NCBI RefSeq assembly: GCF_006345805.1 | Contig: NC_043017.1 | Location: 25,296,001-25,360,000 of the forward strand | DNA length: 64,000 nt | Origin: Octopus sinensis | Taxonomy: Eukaryota | Reading direction: 5' to 3' | Translations under genes and position numbers: made by a program | The notes under the pieces: generated by a model | Databases searched by the model: none | What the model saw: only the letters and a program-made list of their open reading frames with translations | Told to the model about the DNA's origin: nothing | Part shown: in pieces, positions 61,125-64,000 of the stretch | Position numbering within the stretch: position 1 is the stretch's first letter | How the letters are laid out: each line of letters opens with the position of its first letter

Positions 61125-61410
61125 TCTTTACTACCCACAAGGGGCTAAACACTGAGGGGACAAACAAGGACAGACAGATGGATTAAGTCGATTATATCGA
61201 CCCCAGTGTGTAACTGGTACTTAATTTATCGACCCCGAAAGGATGAAAGGCAAAGTCGACCTCGGCAGAATTTGAACTCAGAACGTAACAGCTAGGCATT
61301 CCGGCCGGCGTGCTAACGATTCTGCCAGCTCGGCATTCCGGCCGGCGTGCTAACGATTCTGCCAGCTAGGCATTCCGGCCGGCGTGCTAACGATTCTGCC
61401 AGCTCGCCGC
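61125..61410 (-). mobile_element. SINE family A with a ~40-bp head segment in three tandem copies
   Basis: ggcattccggccggcgtgctaacgattctgccagct x3. Confidence 0.8.
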
Positions 61411-62809
61411 CTATTATCGGCATCATCATCATCATCTTCATCACTGGTTCTAATTTATCGTCTGCCATTGCACTTCAGTTGACAAAACAATTCACTCCGT
61501 CTCTCCCTCCCACCTGATTATGACAACAACGTGTATTACAGATTATGTTGGTGGTATTGATCCCTTCACAGACACAATCTCGGAAGCTGTTGCTCTTCCA
61601 CATAACCTTGAAAAAAATGACAGAAGATTTTGGTCTTTGTATCAACAATGTAAAAGCCGGTGGCACACAAAAGCACCCACTACACTCTCAGAATAGTACC
61701 TGTCCCTCCCTTCCCCCCCATCCCCAACATGGCTGCAGTCCAAAGACAGAAGCAAGTAAAGGATAAGCATTAACGTTGACCTTCGGCCTCATTTATCTTA
61801 GCTGTTTTGGGCTGAGTTCATAAAGGTCGCAAGCACTGCCCACAGCCCCTCTTGCCCTAATTAACTTAGCCAAAAAGAAAAAAAAAAGTTAAAGCAAAAA
61901 CAAAATCACTAGATTCTTTGATTCATAATTTAAGAATTTTTAGAATCTTATTCTTTATTATTTTCTTCCCCCCCGCCACCGCCTCCTTTTTCTTCCTGTT
62001 TCTGCTGAATGGTGAATTGAGTTTACGGTTTGAAGAGAAAGGTGGTTATGTAGATGTCAGACTGACAGAAGTCATTAACTCACAATGAAAGATAAACGAG
62101 AAAATGAGAAAGCGTCTGACTTGACTAATTAACCTCACCTGTGCTTGTCGTCTTATTATTGTTGTCATCATCATCATCATCATCGTTCGCTTTCTGTTTT
62201 CATTTATTTATTTACATATTTTTTCCTTTGATTTTTTTTTTTTTTTACATACGTCATTTGTGTGTTTTTTATTTGTTTTTCTTTTTGAATTATTAACACC
62301 ACATTTAGATGAGTTAAAGATCTTCGTCGTTTTTTTGTTGATGCTCTTATTAACACTAGAGAACAAACAAACACACACACACACACACACAGATACATAC
62401 ACACACACACACACACGCGGAGGCGCACGTACACAAGCACACAAATACAACAAAACAACAAGCAAACAGACAGTGAGACCGGGTTAATAGTCTGGTCAAT
62501 TATTATTAGTTTAATGGTATAATTAATTTATCTCCTTGAGAATAACCAGAATGGAAGAGAGCTTAAATTGTGGTTTACACTTCCTAGATTGATTTCTGCC
62601 AAAACTGTCTCATCAGATTTTTAATTGACCTCAGACAGATTATACGCCACTCTGTATGTATGTGTATGTGTGTGTGTGTGTGTGTGTGAGTGTGTGTGTG
62701 TGTGTTGTGTGTGTGTGTGTGTGTGCATTGTGATGCTCACTTGCTGTTGTGGTGGTGGTGATCGCAGCATGAAATTGCTATGTAAAAGAAAACAAATGCT
62801 GATAAAGGT

Positions 62810-63068
62810 TCATCATTTTCATCATCATCATCATCATCATCATCATTCTTGTCATCACCACTGGTGGTCGTTGTTGTCATTATCATCATCATTGTTGTTG
62901 GTGTCAGTGTCATCATCATTGTTGCTGTCATCGTCGTTATCATCATCATCTTCGTTGTCATCATCATTGTTGTCATCATCATTATCATCATCATTGTTGC
63001 TGTCATCATCATCATCATCATCTTCGTTATCATCATCATCATCATCTTTGTTGTTGTCATCATCGTTG

Positions 63069-63099
<31 letters not shown>

Positions 63100-63200
63100 T
63101 ATTGTCATGGCTGTCATAACTGTCATTGTCATTATCAACATTATCATCATTATCATTCTCTTCTTTCTCCTCTCTGCATCATCATCATCATCATCATCAC
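62810..63200. repeat. (CAT/CGT/TGT)n trinucleotide mosaic
   Basis: Direct reading. Confidence 0.95.
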
Positions 63201-63499
63201 CGTGACTGACCAGGCTATCAGATGTTGCTACACATCGCTGGTCACAATGCACTTCGCATTGTTTCAGCCTTCAAATGACGCCACCCCGCTGGCTAAGTGA
63301 GCAGGCCAACAGAAGAAAGAGTGAGAGAAAGTTGTGGCGAAGGAGTACAGCAGAGATCACCACTACCCCCTGCCGGAGCCTTGTGGAGCTTTAGGAGTTT
63401 TCGCTCAATAAACACTCACAACCACCAGGTCTGGGAATCAAAACCACAATCCTACAACCGCAAGTCCGCTGCCCTAACCACTGTGCCATTGCGCCTCCC
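63197..63499 (-). mobile_element. SINE family C, tail type 1
   Basis: Reverse copy of the 2961-3272 family. Confidence 0.8.
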
Positions 63500-63655
63500 A
63501 TCATCATTATAGTGTTTGCTTTTCCTTGCTGGCACAGCGCCTCACACCCTCCTGCATCTGGCACCCACAAAGAACAGAGCAAAACACCAAACTTAGTTGT
63601 TTATTGGATGTTTTTGTCCTCTTTTTTGTCTTTTTTATGTCTGGATGCTCTTATA

Positions 63656-63792
63656 TACGAGGGTGAGTCAAAAAGTAATGCCATTTTGTTTAGGACAGGT
63701 ATAATTACCCCAACACAGGAACATGTGTCATTCATCAAAATGAAGCTGGTCCTCTGTGGATCACATCCCTACTTTTCAACATAGTCACCCAC
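63656..63792 (+). mobile_element. mariner 5' end fragment
   Basis: TA + cgagggtgagtcaaaaagtaatgcc TIR-like start and downstream ctacttttcaacatagtcacc, both typical of mariner 5' ends. Confidence 0.65.
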
Positions 63793-63963
63793 CCATCCCA
63801 AATATCTCTCTTGTATATCCTCTCTCTGTCTGTCTGTCTCTCCCCCCTCTCTCCCACTTTGTCTTCATGTATTTTTTTAATGTTTTACTCAATTGAAATA
63901 TATTTTGATTTCATTTATAATTCTTGCTAAACTGGATATGTGCAAAACAATACAACATATAAT

Positions 63964-63996
<33 letters not shown>

Positions 63997-64000
63997 ACAC

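Noticed and set aside
511-63784. The great majority of ORFs in the six-frame track (poly-YI, CV, HT, T, V, S, L)
   Set aside because: They are translations of microsatellites or SINE bodies, with no domain signature or splice support.
57231-64000. Next TAK1 exon (expected GxRPPLI..P..IE.LM..CW)
   Set aside because: Not found by eye in any frame; presumed downstream of the window. The preceding exon (..LSRV.HPNIVKLYGAC) was likewise not found in 1-6026.

Overview
Eukaryotic, very repeat-rich intronic DNA. The tRNA-derived SINEs, RTE LINE tails and (TA)n/(CA)n/(ACC)n density look like an Octopus (coleoid cephalopod) genome; the species is inferred from repeat style only. The one host gene I can support is MAP3K7/TAK1 on the + strand. 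Four internal kinase-domain exons (6027-6072, 25600-25738, 34089-34213, 57102-57230) all have AG/GT boundaries and splice in frame to [146 protein letters not shown]. The flanking exons lie outside the window. The rest is intron: at least three tRNA-derived SINE families, RTE and CR1 LINE fragments, a Gypsy integrase relic, mariner, piggyBac-like and Helitron non-autonomous elements, SINE-derived satellites and microsatellites. Almost all ORFs in the supplied track are low-complexity artefacts. The best second-look candidates are: (1) short (TA)n-embedded Penelope-like elements carrying minimal type-I hammerhead-ribozyme-like motifs, with covariation between families and one retrozyme-like tandem array; (2) SINE concatemers sharing the same ~184-nt re-entry junction at independent loci; (3) a 148-bp SINE satellite whose junction rebuilds a Pol III A box; (4) several locus-specific inverted or templated duplications that could form pre-mRNA dsRNA. 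Most repeat coordinates are read by eye and are approximate.
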